This document shows positions 1-9,133 of a stretch of 64,000 nt of DNA, piece by piece; position 1 is the first letter of the stretch; every line of letters starts with the position of its first letter. The translations under genes and the position numbers were made by a program. The notes below the pieces were generated by a model. That model searched no databases and was not told where the DNA came from. It saw only the letters and a list, made by a program, of their open reading frames with translations. The stretch spans positions 245-64,244 of the forward strand of contig CAZSDW010000017.1 in NCBI GenBank assembly GCA_964605705.1, in the 5' to 3' direction. The DNA is from an uncultured bacterium (GTDB lineage Bacteria > Fidelibacterota > UBA2242).

Positions 1-510
1 CAATGTATGAATTCTTTTATCCGCCATGCCGATATTGTCAAGATGACCAACTTTACAATGATGACATCCCTGCTGAGTACCGACCAAGAAAAAGGAAGTT
101 TTAAATCACCACTGTTTCAGACGTTCAAATTATACTCAAACAACTGTCGCGGCAATGCAATTGATACCTATGTTAAATGCGATACTTTTAACACCGAGAA
201 GTACAAAGGTATCCCATACCTTGATGTTACAACAGTGTACAATGAAGAAAAAAGTACAGTTTTTATTAATGTTGTGAACCGGCACAAGGATAAAACAATT
301 ACCGCTGATATATTTAGCACCTTAGGTACATTTAAAGGAAAAGCCGAAATCCAATTGATTAATGTTGCTTCACTTGATGAACCGTTTGCATTTGATAAGC
401 AGGATCAGTATAAACCTGTAACAAAAGAGATTCCAATTAAAGGGAATAAAGTAACCTGTTCATTCCCGGAGCATTCATTTACACAGATCCAAATTGGCGT
501 GAAACAATAA
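1..510 (+). CDS. alpha-L-arabinofuranosidase (GH51), C-terminal fragment; 5' end lies upstream of the window
   Basis: The ORF reads to position 1 with no stop. The translated tail (..FQTFKLYSNNCRGNAIDTYV..IPYLDVTTVYNEEKSTVFINVVNRHKDK..EHSFTQIQI) matches the C-terminal beta-sandwich pattern of GH51 AbfA-type enzymes (Q.Y...RG..D..V...PYLDVSA..EDG..L..VNR...HS.T.L.L). This rests on motif memory, not a search. Confidence 0.55.
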   Translation, partial: QCMNSFIRHADIVKMTNFTMMTSLLSTDQEKGSFKSPLFQTFKLYSNNCRGNAIDTYVKCDTFNTEKYKGIPYLDVTTVYNEEKSTVFINVVNRHKDKTITADIFSTLGTFKGKAEIQLINVASLDEPFAFDKQDQYKPVTKEIPIKGNKVTCSFPEHSFTQIQIGVKQ

Positions 511-531
511 CTTTTATTAGGATTGCCTTAA

Positions 532-1692
532 ATGGGAAAAAACATCTGTCGTATGAAAAGAGTCGTTTTACTTGTTGAAACATCACGCGAGTTTGGCAGA
601 CAATTAATCATCGGAGTTGCTCGCTATTCGAGGTTCCACGGTCCGTGGTCTTTTTATAAAGAACAGATTGGTTTAAAGTCTATCATCCCCCATTTGACCA
701 GTTGGAAACCGGACGGAATTATCATGCGTGATTCCTTGATCAAGAATGAATTGATCGAATTAAGGATACCAACAATTCTTGTTCAACATGATTCGTCATG
801 CCCGAAGAATTTGCCTGTCGTTAAAACTGATTCTCCTTCCATAGCGAAAATGGCAAGCGAGCATTTTATTGAAAGGGGATTTAAGAATTTTGCATTCTGC
901 GGATTTGATAATTATGAATGGTCAAATAACCGTGAACACTATTTTTGTAGATATAATGCTGAAGCCGGTTTTGAGACTCATGTTTATTGTTCTCCTAAAA
1001 ACTATCAGATAATCGATTGGGAGAACGAACAACGACATGTCTGCGATTGGTTGAAAACCGTGCCAAAACCTGTCGGATTATTAGCTTGTAATGACGACCG
1101 TGGGCAGCATATCCTTGAAGTCTGCAAGCGAACTGGTATTAGAGTTCCGGAAGATGTTGCAGTGATCGGTGTTGATAACGATCCGATGATTTGCGAGATC
1201 GGGGATCCGCCAATGACCAGCATAGCCCTGAATGTTGAGTCCGCCGGATATGAAGCCGCCAAATTACTGGATCAACTGATCAACAACCAAAAGATTGAGG
1301 GACAGCAAATTCCTGTCTCTCCGACCCATATTGTTCAACGACAATCAACGGATTTGCTTGCAGTCAATGATTCCGAAGTCGCTTCAGCCATTCGTTTTAT
1401 CAAGGAAAACGCAAAAAATAAAATACTCATCAACGATATCGTTAAAAGGACCAGAATCAGCCGGCGCGCTCTGGAACAGCGGTTCAGGAAAACCATTCAT
1501 CGATCCATTTACGATGAAATTAGGCAGATCCGTGTTGAAAGGATTTCCAAATTGCTGATCGAAACAGATCTACCAATCTCTGATATAACATCTTTTTTTA
1601 ATTTTACGGATGTCGAGCATATTTCGCGATATTTTAAAAGGGAGAAAGGAATCGGCTTGCGCGAATTCAGAAAACTGCATCAACCGCGTTGA
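532..1692 (+). CDS. XylR-like transcriptional regulator (periplasmic-binding-protein-like sugar-binding domain plus C-terminal AraC-type HTH)
   Basis: 386 aa. The N-terminal ~270 aa resemble LacI/PBP-type sugar-binding folds (..LLACNDDRGQHILEVCKRTGIRVPEDVAVIGVDND..). The C-terminal 100 aa is a classic AraC HTH (..ILINDIVKRTRISRRALEQRFRK..FNFTDVEHISRYFKREKGIGLREFRK). It sits at the head of a xylan/arabinan locus. Confidence 0.8.
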   Translation: MGKNICRMKRVVLLVETSREFGRQLIIGVARYSRFHGPWSFYKEQIGLKSIIPHLTSWKPDGIIMRDSLIKNELIELRIPTILVQHDSSCPKNLPVVKTDSPSIAKMASEHFIERGFKNFAFCGFDNYEWSNNREHYFCRYNAEAGFETHVYCSPKNYQIIDWENEQRHVCDWLKTVPKPVGLLACNDDRGQHILEVCKRTGIRVPEDVAVIGVDNDPMICEIGDPPMTSIALNVESAGYEAAKLLDQLINNQKIEGQQIPVSPTHIVQRQSTDLLAVNDSEVASAIRFIKENAKNKILINDIVKRTRISRRALEQRFRKTIHRSIYDEIRQIRVERISKLLIETDLPISDITSFFNFTDVEHISRYFKREKGIGLREFRKLHQPR

Positions 1693-1931
1693 TATTTTTC
1701 CTCTGGGTGATGAAGATGATCCCGAAACTGATCGATTGCTTTTAAAAAAAAAACCAATACCAATCGCCAATAATTAAGCTCTTTTAGGTAACTTTGATGT
1801 GGTATTATTGCGTTGATCATTTGCGCAATCTGGTTAAAAAATACACAAAAGTGGCTTTTATTCCTCCTGTAAATATCATTATTTATAACTACGATTCTGA
1901 TATCGTATATCAAAATTATAGGAGGATTATT

Positions 1932-2963
1932 ATGGAAGCAAAAATTACGTATTGGGTGTCGTTTTTTCTCGTGGTGACGGGAATTGTTTTTGCCCAGGGC
2001 GTCGATCCGGGCACCGAAAATCTGACGCACTCCTGGTTATTCAATGACGCGACAGCTAATGACTATGTAGGTGGTGCCAATGGCACTTTGATGGGTAACG
2101 CTGAAGTATGGGATGGTGTACTTTTTCTGGGTGAACTCGACTGCTGGATGGAAATGCCGGCGGACGTTATTGCATTGAATACGTATGAGGAAGTCACGAT
2201 TGAAGCCTGGTTCATGTCATTTGCCGAGTCAAATACAGAATATCACATGTTGGCTTATTTTGGCGATACACTGAACGGGGTAGGATGTGATGGCTATTTT
2301 ATAACACCCGCCCGGGGCGATGATTCGAGTCGTGCTGCCATTTCCTGCGGTGTCTATGAAAATCCGTGGTCAGGTGAAACTGGCGTCAATGGTCCTGAAT
2401 ACGACGATGGTGAATTGCATCATTTTGTGAGCACACTGGACGACTCCGTTATAACGTTGTACATCGATGGTGAGCTGACAGCCAGTGCGCCCCTGGATTC
2501 GGGTAACAGCATTGCCAATATCAGTCCCGCTTGTGCCTATTTAGCCAAAGGCGGTTATAGTGCCGATCCGACATGGCAGGGTCAAATTTATGAATTCAAT
2601 ATATATAACAAGGCTTTGACTGCCGAGGAAATACTGTTCCTGTCCGCCAAGGATCCGACTGTTGCGATAGATAAGGATGAAACTGTTGGACTTGCTAGAG
2701 AGTTTGGCTTGTTACGGATTTTTCCAAATCCGTTTAATCCAGTTGCGTCAATTGCTTTTGATTTGGCAGAGCGATCAAACGTTGAAATTTCGGTATACGA
2801 TTTACAGGGTCATCGGGTTGCCCGACTGTTGAATGAGACCAGAGTAGCGGGACACTATAAGGTTCTTTTTGATGGTACCAAACTTTGCAGCGGACTCTAT
2901 CTCTGCAAAATGGATATTGACAACAATCAAGTTTTTACCAGAAAGATGTTGTTGCTAAAATAA
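1932..2963 (+). CDS. secreted LamG (laminin-G_3/concanavalin-like) domain protein with T9SS C-terminal sorting domain
   Basis: The likely true start is ATG at ~1932 (MEAKITYWVSFFLVVTGIVFAQG signal peptide, preceded by a GGAGG ribosome-binding site). LamG_3 signature DGELHHFVSTLDDSVITLYIDGEL. The last ~80 aa are FPNPFNPVASIAFDL..VYDLQGHRVARL..SGLYLCKMDIDNNQVFTRKMLLLK, typical of a T9SS sorting domain. Confidence 0.7.
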   Translation: MEAKITYWVSFFLVVTGIVFAQGVDPGTENLTHSWLFNDATANDYVGGANGTLMGNAEVWDGVLFLGELDCWMEMPADVIALNTYEEVTIEAWFMSFAESNTEYHMLAYFGDTLNGVGCDGYFITPARGDDSSRAAISCGVYENPWSGETGVNGPEYDDGELHHFVSTLDDSVITLYIDGELTASAPLDSGNSIANISPACAYLAKGGYSADPTWQGQIYEFNIYNKALTAEEILFLSAKDPTVAIDKDETVGLAREFGLLRIFPNPFNPVASIAFDLAERSNVEISVYDLQGHRVARLLNETRVAGHYKVLFDGTKLCSGLYLCKMDIDNNQVFTRKMLLLK

Positions 2964-3049
2964 TTTATCCTTTATTGACAATAGTAAAATATTCCCGGAA
3001 CCGTCATCGATCGGTAAGGGGAATTATTGATTTTTTTAAGGAGTAAAGT

Positions 3050-5299
3050 ATGAGCAGACCATTTGTGATCCTATTCGCCTGGTTGGTAGTATGGGGTAAC
3101 CTGTCCGGACAATCTCCATCTTTTCAAACCTATCTCAATCCTGTTATACCCGGCGATCATCCGGATCCTACGTTAACAAAAATTGGAAATGACTTTTATA
3201 CATCCGGTTCATCCTTCAATCCCACACCCAAAATATATCATTCGACTGATCTGGTTCATTGGGAAGTCATCGCTCAGCCGGTTTCAGCTTCCTGGTCCAC
3301 ATATGGAAATAGTCCCGGCGGTGGTATCTGGGGCGGACATATGGTTTTATATAACGGAATTTACTGGCACTATTTTGGAAAAGGCGGCGGCAGCATGTAT
3401 TTCGTAACCGCGGATCAACCCGAGGGTCAGTGGAGTGCTCCGACCAGAGTACAGGTTCCAGCCGATATGTCGGGCTTGGGTGTGGACAATTCCATTTTTA
3501 TTGATGATGACAACAAATGGTATCTACTTACGAAAGCCGGAGAGCCAAACAACCATATCGTGGAATTAGGCAATGATGGTCAACCTACCGGTGTAGTACT
3601 CGATCTAACCTGGCTTAATCCGGGACCGGCGCCATATCCATACGGGTGGGCAGAAGGACCCGTAATGTGGAAACACAATGGATACTATTATTACAGTTTT
3701 GCCCAACATCTGGTTGGCTCACAGTATGTCATGCGTAGTGAGACCTTGACCGATGACGAGTCAGCCTGGACGATTGTGGGAGAGAATATATTTTCCGGAG
3801 CCCGCGGTACCTACAATACACCTAACCATATTTCACCGGTAGTCACGCTCGATGATGGCACCAGCTGGACGATTGCCCACAGTTACAACAGTAGCTGGTA
3901 CGCCCACGGACGTCAGGGACTGCTTTGTCAGGTGACCTATGATGCTGAAGATTTTCCGGTTATTCAATTTCCATCCAACTCGCCGGTTCAGGCTCCCGCT
4001 CTTCCCAGCAACGGTATTCCCTGGACAGTTCCCAGATCAGATATGTTCAATACATCGGAGCTGGAAGCAGATTGGTCATTTCTCGGTTACAAACCGACCG
4101 GATATTATTCGCTGACTGAGCGGGAAGGCTGGTTATATCTGAGACCTTATAATGGCAGTAACACGATTATTCAAAACGATGGTGAGCACTGTTATTCCAT
4201 AATTACTCGTGTGGATTTTTCACCGGAATCTGGCTCCGATGAAGCCGGTTTATGGATTATGAACGGACCGGAAACCCATCATGCCAAAGTCTATAGCACA
4301 GCCGATAACGATGGCAATAACATGCTGACATTCAGTTTTCAAAGTACTGCATTTGAAACAGAAAATACAATCGGTTCCATCGTCTGGCTCAAGTTACTTC
4401 GCAATGAACATATAATATCCGGATATTATAGTGCCGATGGGATTGTCTGGACCCAGATCGGCGAATCGATAAACGCCCAGGACCTGGATGTGGAACAGAC
4501 CCAGTTCAATAATTTTACCGGTAATCAGCAGGGCTTGTATGTTAATGGAAAAGCAGCCTATTTCGACCTTTATATCTACCGGGATGCATACACTCCGATA
4601 TTAGCCGAATGTCCTGCCAATCAATATGGCACTTCCCGAGCTTACGTCAATCAGAGATATGTACTGGATAACATTCATGCAAATGACTGGGCGATGTATG
4701 CCGGTGTTGAATTTGGCAATGCGGATTATGACAAGATTCCGAATCTGTTCAATATTATCGCGTCGAGTACAACTGCAGGCAATTGTATCGAAGTATGGCT
4801 CGATTCACTGGATACCGGCGCTAAAATAGCCGAATGCTCCATCAATAATACGGGCGATTTGAGTACCTTTCAGCGCTTTACTTCGGATGTCACTCCAATC
4901 ACCGGACAACATGATATTTATCTAAAATTTACAGGAGTCGGAACCGACAAACTATTTCGGCTCCAATCATTTTATTTCACCGCCGAAGGTGATACCAGTA
5001 CCGCGGTAGGGAAACCGTCCGATACGGCAATTCCCCAAGACTTTGGCTTGGAGCAGAACTTTCCCAATCCGTTCAATCCTGAAACCACGATCCGGTTTCA
5101 TTTGCCGATAAAGAGTTCCGTTCGCCTTGTGCTCATCAATATTTTGGGCGATGTAGTCCGGGAGATAGTTAAGGGAGAATACGAGGCGGGTCATCATGAA
5201 GTTACGGTCAATGCTGAAAACCTGGCAACAGGTACGTATTTTTACAGAATTGAAACAGGTGAATTTAATGGCGTAAAAAAATGTCTAATAGTCAAATAA
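3050..5299 (+). CDS. GH43 beta-xylosidase/alpha-L-arabinofuranosidase with CBM-like modules and T9SS C-terminal domain
   Basis: N-terminal 5-bladed propeller motifs NPVIPGDHPDPTLTKIGNDFYTS and WAEGPVMWKHNGYYYY (GH43 catalytic Asp and Glu contexts). Two further beta-sandwich modules follow. Terminal NFPNPFNPETTIRFHLP..GTYFYRIETGEFNGVKKCLIVK. Confidence 0.75.
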   Translation: MSRPFVILFAWLVVWGNLSGQSPSFQTYLNPVIPGDHPDPTLTKIGNDFYTSGSSFNPTPKIYHSTDLVHWEVIAQPVSASWSTYGNSPGGGIWGGHMVLYNGIYWHYFGKGGGSMYFVTADQPEGQWSAPTRVQVPADMSGLGVDNSIFIDDDNKWYLLTKAGEPNNHIVELGNDGQPTGVVLDLTWLNPGPAPYPYGWAEGPVMWKHNGYYYYSFAQHLVGSQYVMRSETLTDDESAWTIVGENIFSGARGTYNTPNHISPVVTLDDGTSWTIAHSYNSSWYAHGRQGLLCQVTYDAEDFPVIQFPSNSPVQAPALPSNGIPWTVPRSDMFNTSELEADWSFLGYKPTGYYSLTEREGWLYLRPYNGSNTIIQNDGEHCYSIITRVDFSPESGSDEAGLWIMNGPETHHAKVYSTADNDGNNMLTFSFQSTAFETENTIGSIVWLKLLRNEHIISGYYSADGIVWTQIGESINAQDLDVEQTQFNNFTGNQQGLYVNGKAAYFDLYIYRDAYTPILAECPANQYGTSRAYVNQRYVLDNIHANDWAMYAGVEFGNADYDKIPNLFNIIASSTTAGNCIEVWLDSLDTGAKIAECSINNTGDLSTFQRFTSDVTPITGQHDIYLKFTGVGTDKLFRLQSFYFTAEGDTSTAVGKPSDTAIPQDFGLEQNFPNPFNPETTIRFHLPIKSSVRLVLINILGDVVREIVKGEYEAGHHEVTVNAENLATGTYFYRIETGEFNGVKKCLIVK

Positions 5300-5611
5300 T
5301 TGTCTAATTATGAGCCAGTGGAAAAAGTTTTTCAACATTCCATAAAAATGGGATGAGATATCCAGCGATATTTTTATTAAGTCCGGTTATTTCACTTGGT
5401 CTATTTTTTCGGGATTGGTACATTGTCCATTATGTAAATTTGATGTACATCTATATTTTCAAATCGATAGCAATTTTGAAAGGACAGCAATTATTAAGCT
5501 TCAATAAATCCCAATAATCCGCAATTTTCATATATTAAAAGGAGGTTTATTATTAAACACATAAAACGGCTAAGAAGTGCTCGGGCTTGGATCAAAGGTG
5601 CGGTAAGTGTT

Positions 5612-7117
5612 ATGCTTTTCCAAGGTATGGCATTCCTTACACTGATCCATGCTCAAGGAACTAATGATGCAGTTGTTTATTTAGATAGTACCCATCAGGT
5701 GATCAGGGGCTTTGGTGCCGCAAACATACTTCAGTGGCGTCCCGATATGACCGATTCCGAAATTGAAACCGCCTTTGGTACCGAAGAAGGTCAGCTCGGT
5801 TTTTCGATTTTGAGGCTGCGCATTCAGCCGCAGAATACTTTATGGAGTACAAATGTGGCTACGGCAAGGAAAGCCTATGAAATGGGCGCGATGATCATTG
5901 CAGCTCCCTGGAATCCGCCGGATGAAATGCTTGATCCCGAATCAGATCAAAAAAGGATTAATCCGGATATGTACACAGAATATGCCTATCACCTGGATGA
6001 TTTCAATTATTTTATGGAACAGAATGGTGTGCCCATTTATGCAATATCCGTTCAAAACGAACCTGATTTTGGAGACTGGACCCGCTGGACGGCTGAAGAA
6101 ATGCTTACTTTCATGAGAGATTATGCGCCATTTATTCAAACCAAGGTAATGGCTCCGGAATCTTTTCAGTTCAGACATTCATTTTCTGATCCGATTTTAA
6201 ATGATTCCGTTGCCTGTGAAAATTTAGACATCATCGGCGGACATATCTATGGTGGCGGAGCCGTGTCTTATCCTCTGGCAACAAGTAAAGGAAAAGAGCT
6301 GTGGATGACCGAGCATTATACTGACAGCCAGAATTCAGGAAACCTGTGGCCAATGGCGCTGGATGTCGGAACGGATATTCATCGTGTCATGAATGCCGGG
6401 ATGAGTGCATATGTCTGGTGGTATATCGTGCGGTATTATGGACCCATCAGTGACGGAACGATGTCCAGCGGTGATAAAGGTGACGTTACCAAGCGTGGTT
6501 ATATCATGTCGCAATACTCGCGATTTATTCGTCCGGGATATTATCGGATCGAATGTGATGATTATCCTCAGAATAATGTCTTCGTTTCTGCCTATAAAGA
6601 CAACGCTTCCTCAAGGGCAGTGATTGTTGCTGTCAACACTTCCACCGAAGCAAAAGAACAGACATTTACTTTTCAGAACGGTAGTTTTGAAATGGCTACT
6701 CCATATGTTACTTCAGAAACGAAAAACTGTTTTCAGGAAAATAACCTATCGATATCAGACGGCAGTTTTAGCGTCACCCTGGACGGACAAAGTGTGACAA
6801 CTTTTGTGGCAAGCGGTAACGCAACCACAGTTGAGAACTCTTTAATAATTCCAGAATCATACAAGCTATTTCAAAATTATCCCAATCCATTCAATCCTTC
6901 GACGCGGATCAATTTTGCAGTTTCTGAAAGATCGTTTGTTTCTCTCAAAATTTATAGTCTGCTCGGTGAAGAAATGGAAGAACTTGCAGGAAAAGAGTAT
7001 GCTGCAGGAGTGCATTCCGTGGCGTTTGATGCTTCGCAGTTAGCCAGTGGTATCTATTTTTATACACTAAGAGCAAATAATTTCAAGCAAACGAGGAGAA
7101 TGTTTGTTATAAAATAA
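5612..7117 (+). CDS. GH30 family glucuronoxylanase-like endoxylanase with T9SS C-terminal domain
   Basis: GFGAANILQW...EIETAFGTEEGQLGFSILRLRIQP resembles the GH30_8 (XynC-like) N-terminus. TIM-barrel-length core. C-terminal NYPNPFNPSTRINFAV..GIYFYTLRANNFKQTRRMFVIK. The signal peptide may start earlier at a non-ATG codon. Confidence 0.65.
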   Translation: MLFQGMAFLTLIHAQGTNDAVVYLDSTHQVIRGFGAANILQWRPDMTDSEIETAFGTEEGQLGFSILRLRIQPQNTLWSTNVATARKAYEMGAMIIAAPWNPPDEMLDPESDQKRINPDMYTEYAYHLDDFNYFMEQNGVPIYAISVQNEPDFGDWTRWTAEEMLTFMRDYAPFIQTKVMAPESFQFRHSFSDPILNDSVACENLDIIGGHIYGGGAVSYPLATSKGKELWMTEHYTDSQNSGNLWPMALDVGTDIHRVMNAGMSAYVWWYIVRYYGPISDGTMSSGDKGDVTKRGYIMSQYSRFIRPGYYRIECDDYPQNNVFVSAYKDNASSRAVIVAVNTSTEAKEQTFTFQNGSFEMATPYVTSETKNCFQENNLSISDGSFSVTLDGQSVTTFVASGNATTVENSLIIPESYKLFQNYPNPFNPSTRINFAVSERSFVSLKIYSLLGEEMEELAGKEYAAGVHSVAFDASQLASGIYFYTLRANNFKQTRRMFVIK

Positions 7118-7162
7118 AGAATTATTAGAGTCTTATGAATTCAAATCAAAGTTAGGAAAAAA

Positions 7163-9079
7163 ATGAGGAACCAAATAATCCTATTTCTTGCGCTGTCTTT
7201 TTTAATTTTTACTCATACGGTGGGATTTGCACAGGATTCTGACAAATATCCAATCATTGTTGAGGCGGAATCCGGTACATTAGGAGATGAATTCAATAGC
7301 TTACAATCGGGTGATATAGAGTATATCAGCATCGTAACCGATTATAATGAAACCTCGGGGACTACCAGTTATCCCGGTGTCGATCGAACCGCTGCTTATG
7401 AAGTTGTTTTTCAGGATTCGGGCATGTATGATTTATTCGCCCGGGTGCGGGTTGGACCTGCCGGTTTTGACGATGACAGCTTTTTCTATGGAAATGGATT
7501 TGGGGAGAAAAATGGCGCCAGTTCAGGCGACTGGATTCTCAGCAATGGACTCGGTTCCGCTGGATTTTCCAATGCGGATGATGTTGTTCGGGATGCCGGC
7601 GCCGACGGTAGTAATGTCTGGAAATGGGTCAATTTATCCCGCAATGCCTATCAGGGGAGCGCAAGGAATTTCACAATTGATTCGCCGGACGACCTGGTCA
7701 GAATTTTCACGATCGGCGCACGGGAAAACGGTCTCGGTATCGACAAATTCGCTTTTGGCAAATCCAAGTTTTATTTCACAGTTGAAAATCTGGACAGTGC
7801 GCAGGCAGGCTCGGTTGAGGATCCATCTGTCAATTATGAACCTCCGCCCAGAGAACCACTTGCCAAGGGAAAGAGCAAATTTTTAGGCAACGGGTACGAA
7901 ACCAATCAAGCGTATCGGTTTACGGAATATTGGAATCAAATTACCCCGGGGAACGCGGGTAAATGGGGGAGTGTTGAGGGCTCCAGGGATGTTATGAATT
8001 GGACTCAGCTGGATATAGCCTATGCTTTAGCCAAAGATAATGGCTTTCCTTACCGGCATCACGTTCTGGTGTGGGGCAATCAGCAGCCCGAGTGGATTGA
8101 GACTCTGTCGCCGGAAGAACAGCTTGAAGAAATTGAGGAGTGGTTTGCGGCGGTCGCAGAAAGATATCCCGATATTGATTATCTGGAAGTGGTGAATGAG
8201 CCGCTGCATGATCCGCCAAATCAGGATGATAACGGCGGTGGTAATTATATAAATGCTCTCGGTGGCACAAACGATCTGTACGGAACTGGATGGGATTGGG
8301 TGATCAAAGCATTTGAAATTGCCAAAGAATGTTTTTCGGATTCCACCCGACTGATGCTTAATGACTATAGTATTCCAAATAGCAACAGCAGTACCACCGA
8401 GTATCTGAATCTGATAAGTTTATTGCAGGAGAGAAATTTAATCGATTGCATCGGTATTCAGGGACATGCGTTTTCGACAAGGGGACCGATGGCTACTGTC
8501 TCCGCCAATCTGGACCGGCTTGCTGCAACCGGTTTACCCATTATGGTTACGGAGATGGATATCGATGGCGGGTTAAACGATCCGACCGAACAGGATCAGC
8601 TGGAAGAATACCAGAGAATATTCCCGATATTCTGGGAGCATCCCGCCGTGATCGGTATTACGCTCTGGGGCTGGCGACCGGGAATGTGGATCGCGGATGC
8701 GCTCCTGATCAATACCAATGGCTCGGAAAGATTAGCCATGCAATGGTTGAGCACCTATGTCGATACAGTAAATATCGGAGGCTCCAGCTCAATAAAGAAC
8801 CTTGCAGGCGCTCCGGCAAAATTTTATCTTTCTGACAGCTATCCAAATCCATTTAATCCGATAACTCACATTAATTATTCGGTGCCGCACACCAGTTATA
8901 TCACTCTGAAAGTTTACAACCTTCTCGGACAGGAGGTTCGAACCCTATTTGCTGGTTTGCGTCATCCGGGCAGCTATACGGCGACTTTCGATGCCGGGGG
9001 ATTAACAAGCGGCGTTTATATCTATCAGATGAATGCGGAAAATTTTAATGAAAGAAAGAGATTATTGCTTTTAAAATAA
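7163..9079 (+). CDS. GH10 endo-1,4-beta-xylanase with N-terminal CBM-like domain and T9SS C-terminal domain
   Basis: GH10 hallmarks HHVLVWGNQQPEWI, VVNEPLHD (acid/base NEP) and MVTEMDI (nucleophile TE.D). An N-terminal ~200-aa beta-sandwich is present. C-terminal SYPNPFNPITHINYSV..GVYIYQMNAENFNERKRLLLLK. Confidence 0.8.
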   Translation: MRNQIILFLALSFLIFTHTVGFAQDSDKYPIIVEAESGTLGDEFNSLQSGDIEYISIVTDYNETSGTTSYPGVDRTAAYEVVFQDSGMYDLFARVRVGPAGFDDDSFFYGNGFGEKNGASSGDWILSNGLGSAGFSNADDVVRDAGADGSNVWKWVNLSRNAYQGSARNFTIDSPDDLVRIFTIGARENGLGIDKFAFGKSKFYFTVENLDSAQAGSVEDPSVNYEPPPREPLAKGKSKFLGNGYETNQAYRFTEYWNQITPGNAGKWGSVEGSRDVMNWTQLDIAYALAKDNGFPYRHHVLVWGNQQPEWIETLSPEEQLEEIEEWFAAVAERYPDIDYLEVVNEPLHDPPNQDDNGGGNYINALGGTNDLYGTGWDWVIKAFEIAKECFSDSTRLMLNDYSIPNSNSSTTEYLNLISLLQERNLIDCIGIQGHAFSTRGPMATVSANLDRLAATGLPIMVTEMDIDGGLNDPTEQDQLEEYQRIFPIFWEHPAVIGITLWGWRPGMWIADALLINTNGSERLAMQWLSTYVDTVNIGGSSSIKNLAGAPAKFYLSDSYPNPFNPITHINYSVPHTSYITLKVYNLLGQEVRTLFAGLRHPGSYTATFDAGGLTSGVYIYQMNAENFNERKRLLLLK

Positions 9080-9133
9080 TTTGTTGTCGTATGAAAAATT
9101 CATAGTAATAATTCAAAACATAGGTAACCTGCA

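Noticed and set aside
1005-1262. Many 60-255-aa ORFs on the strand opposite to, or nested in, large CDSs (for example 1005-1262, 7347-7886, 18225-18623, 21291-21653, 23123-23890, 30110-30496)
   Set aside because: They overlap CDSs with strong family-level signatures, have biased or low-complexity composition (Arg/Pro/Ser-rich), and lack ribosome-binding-site or start context. They are treated as antisense artefacts.
5396-5440. GTACAT/ATGTAC inverted repeats upstream of the GH30 gene as a possible XylR operator
   Set aside because: Imperfect, AT-rich and not repeated upstream of the other hydrolase genes in the locus. It cannot be separated from chance.
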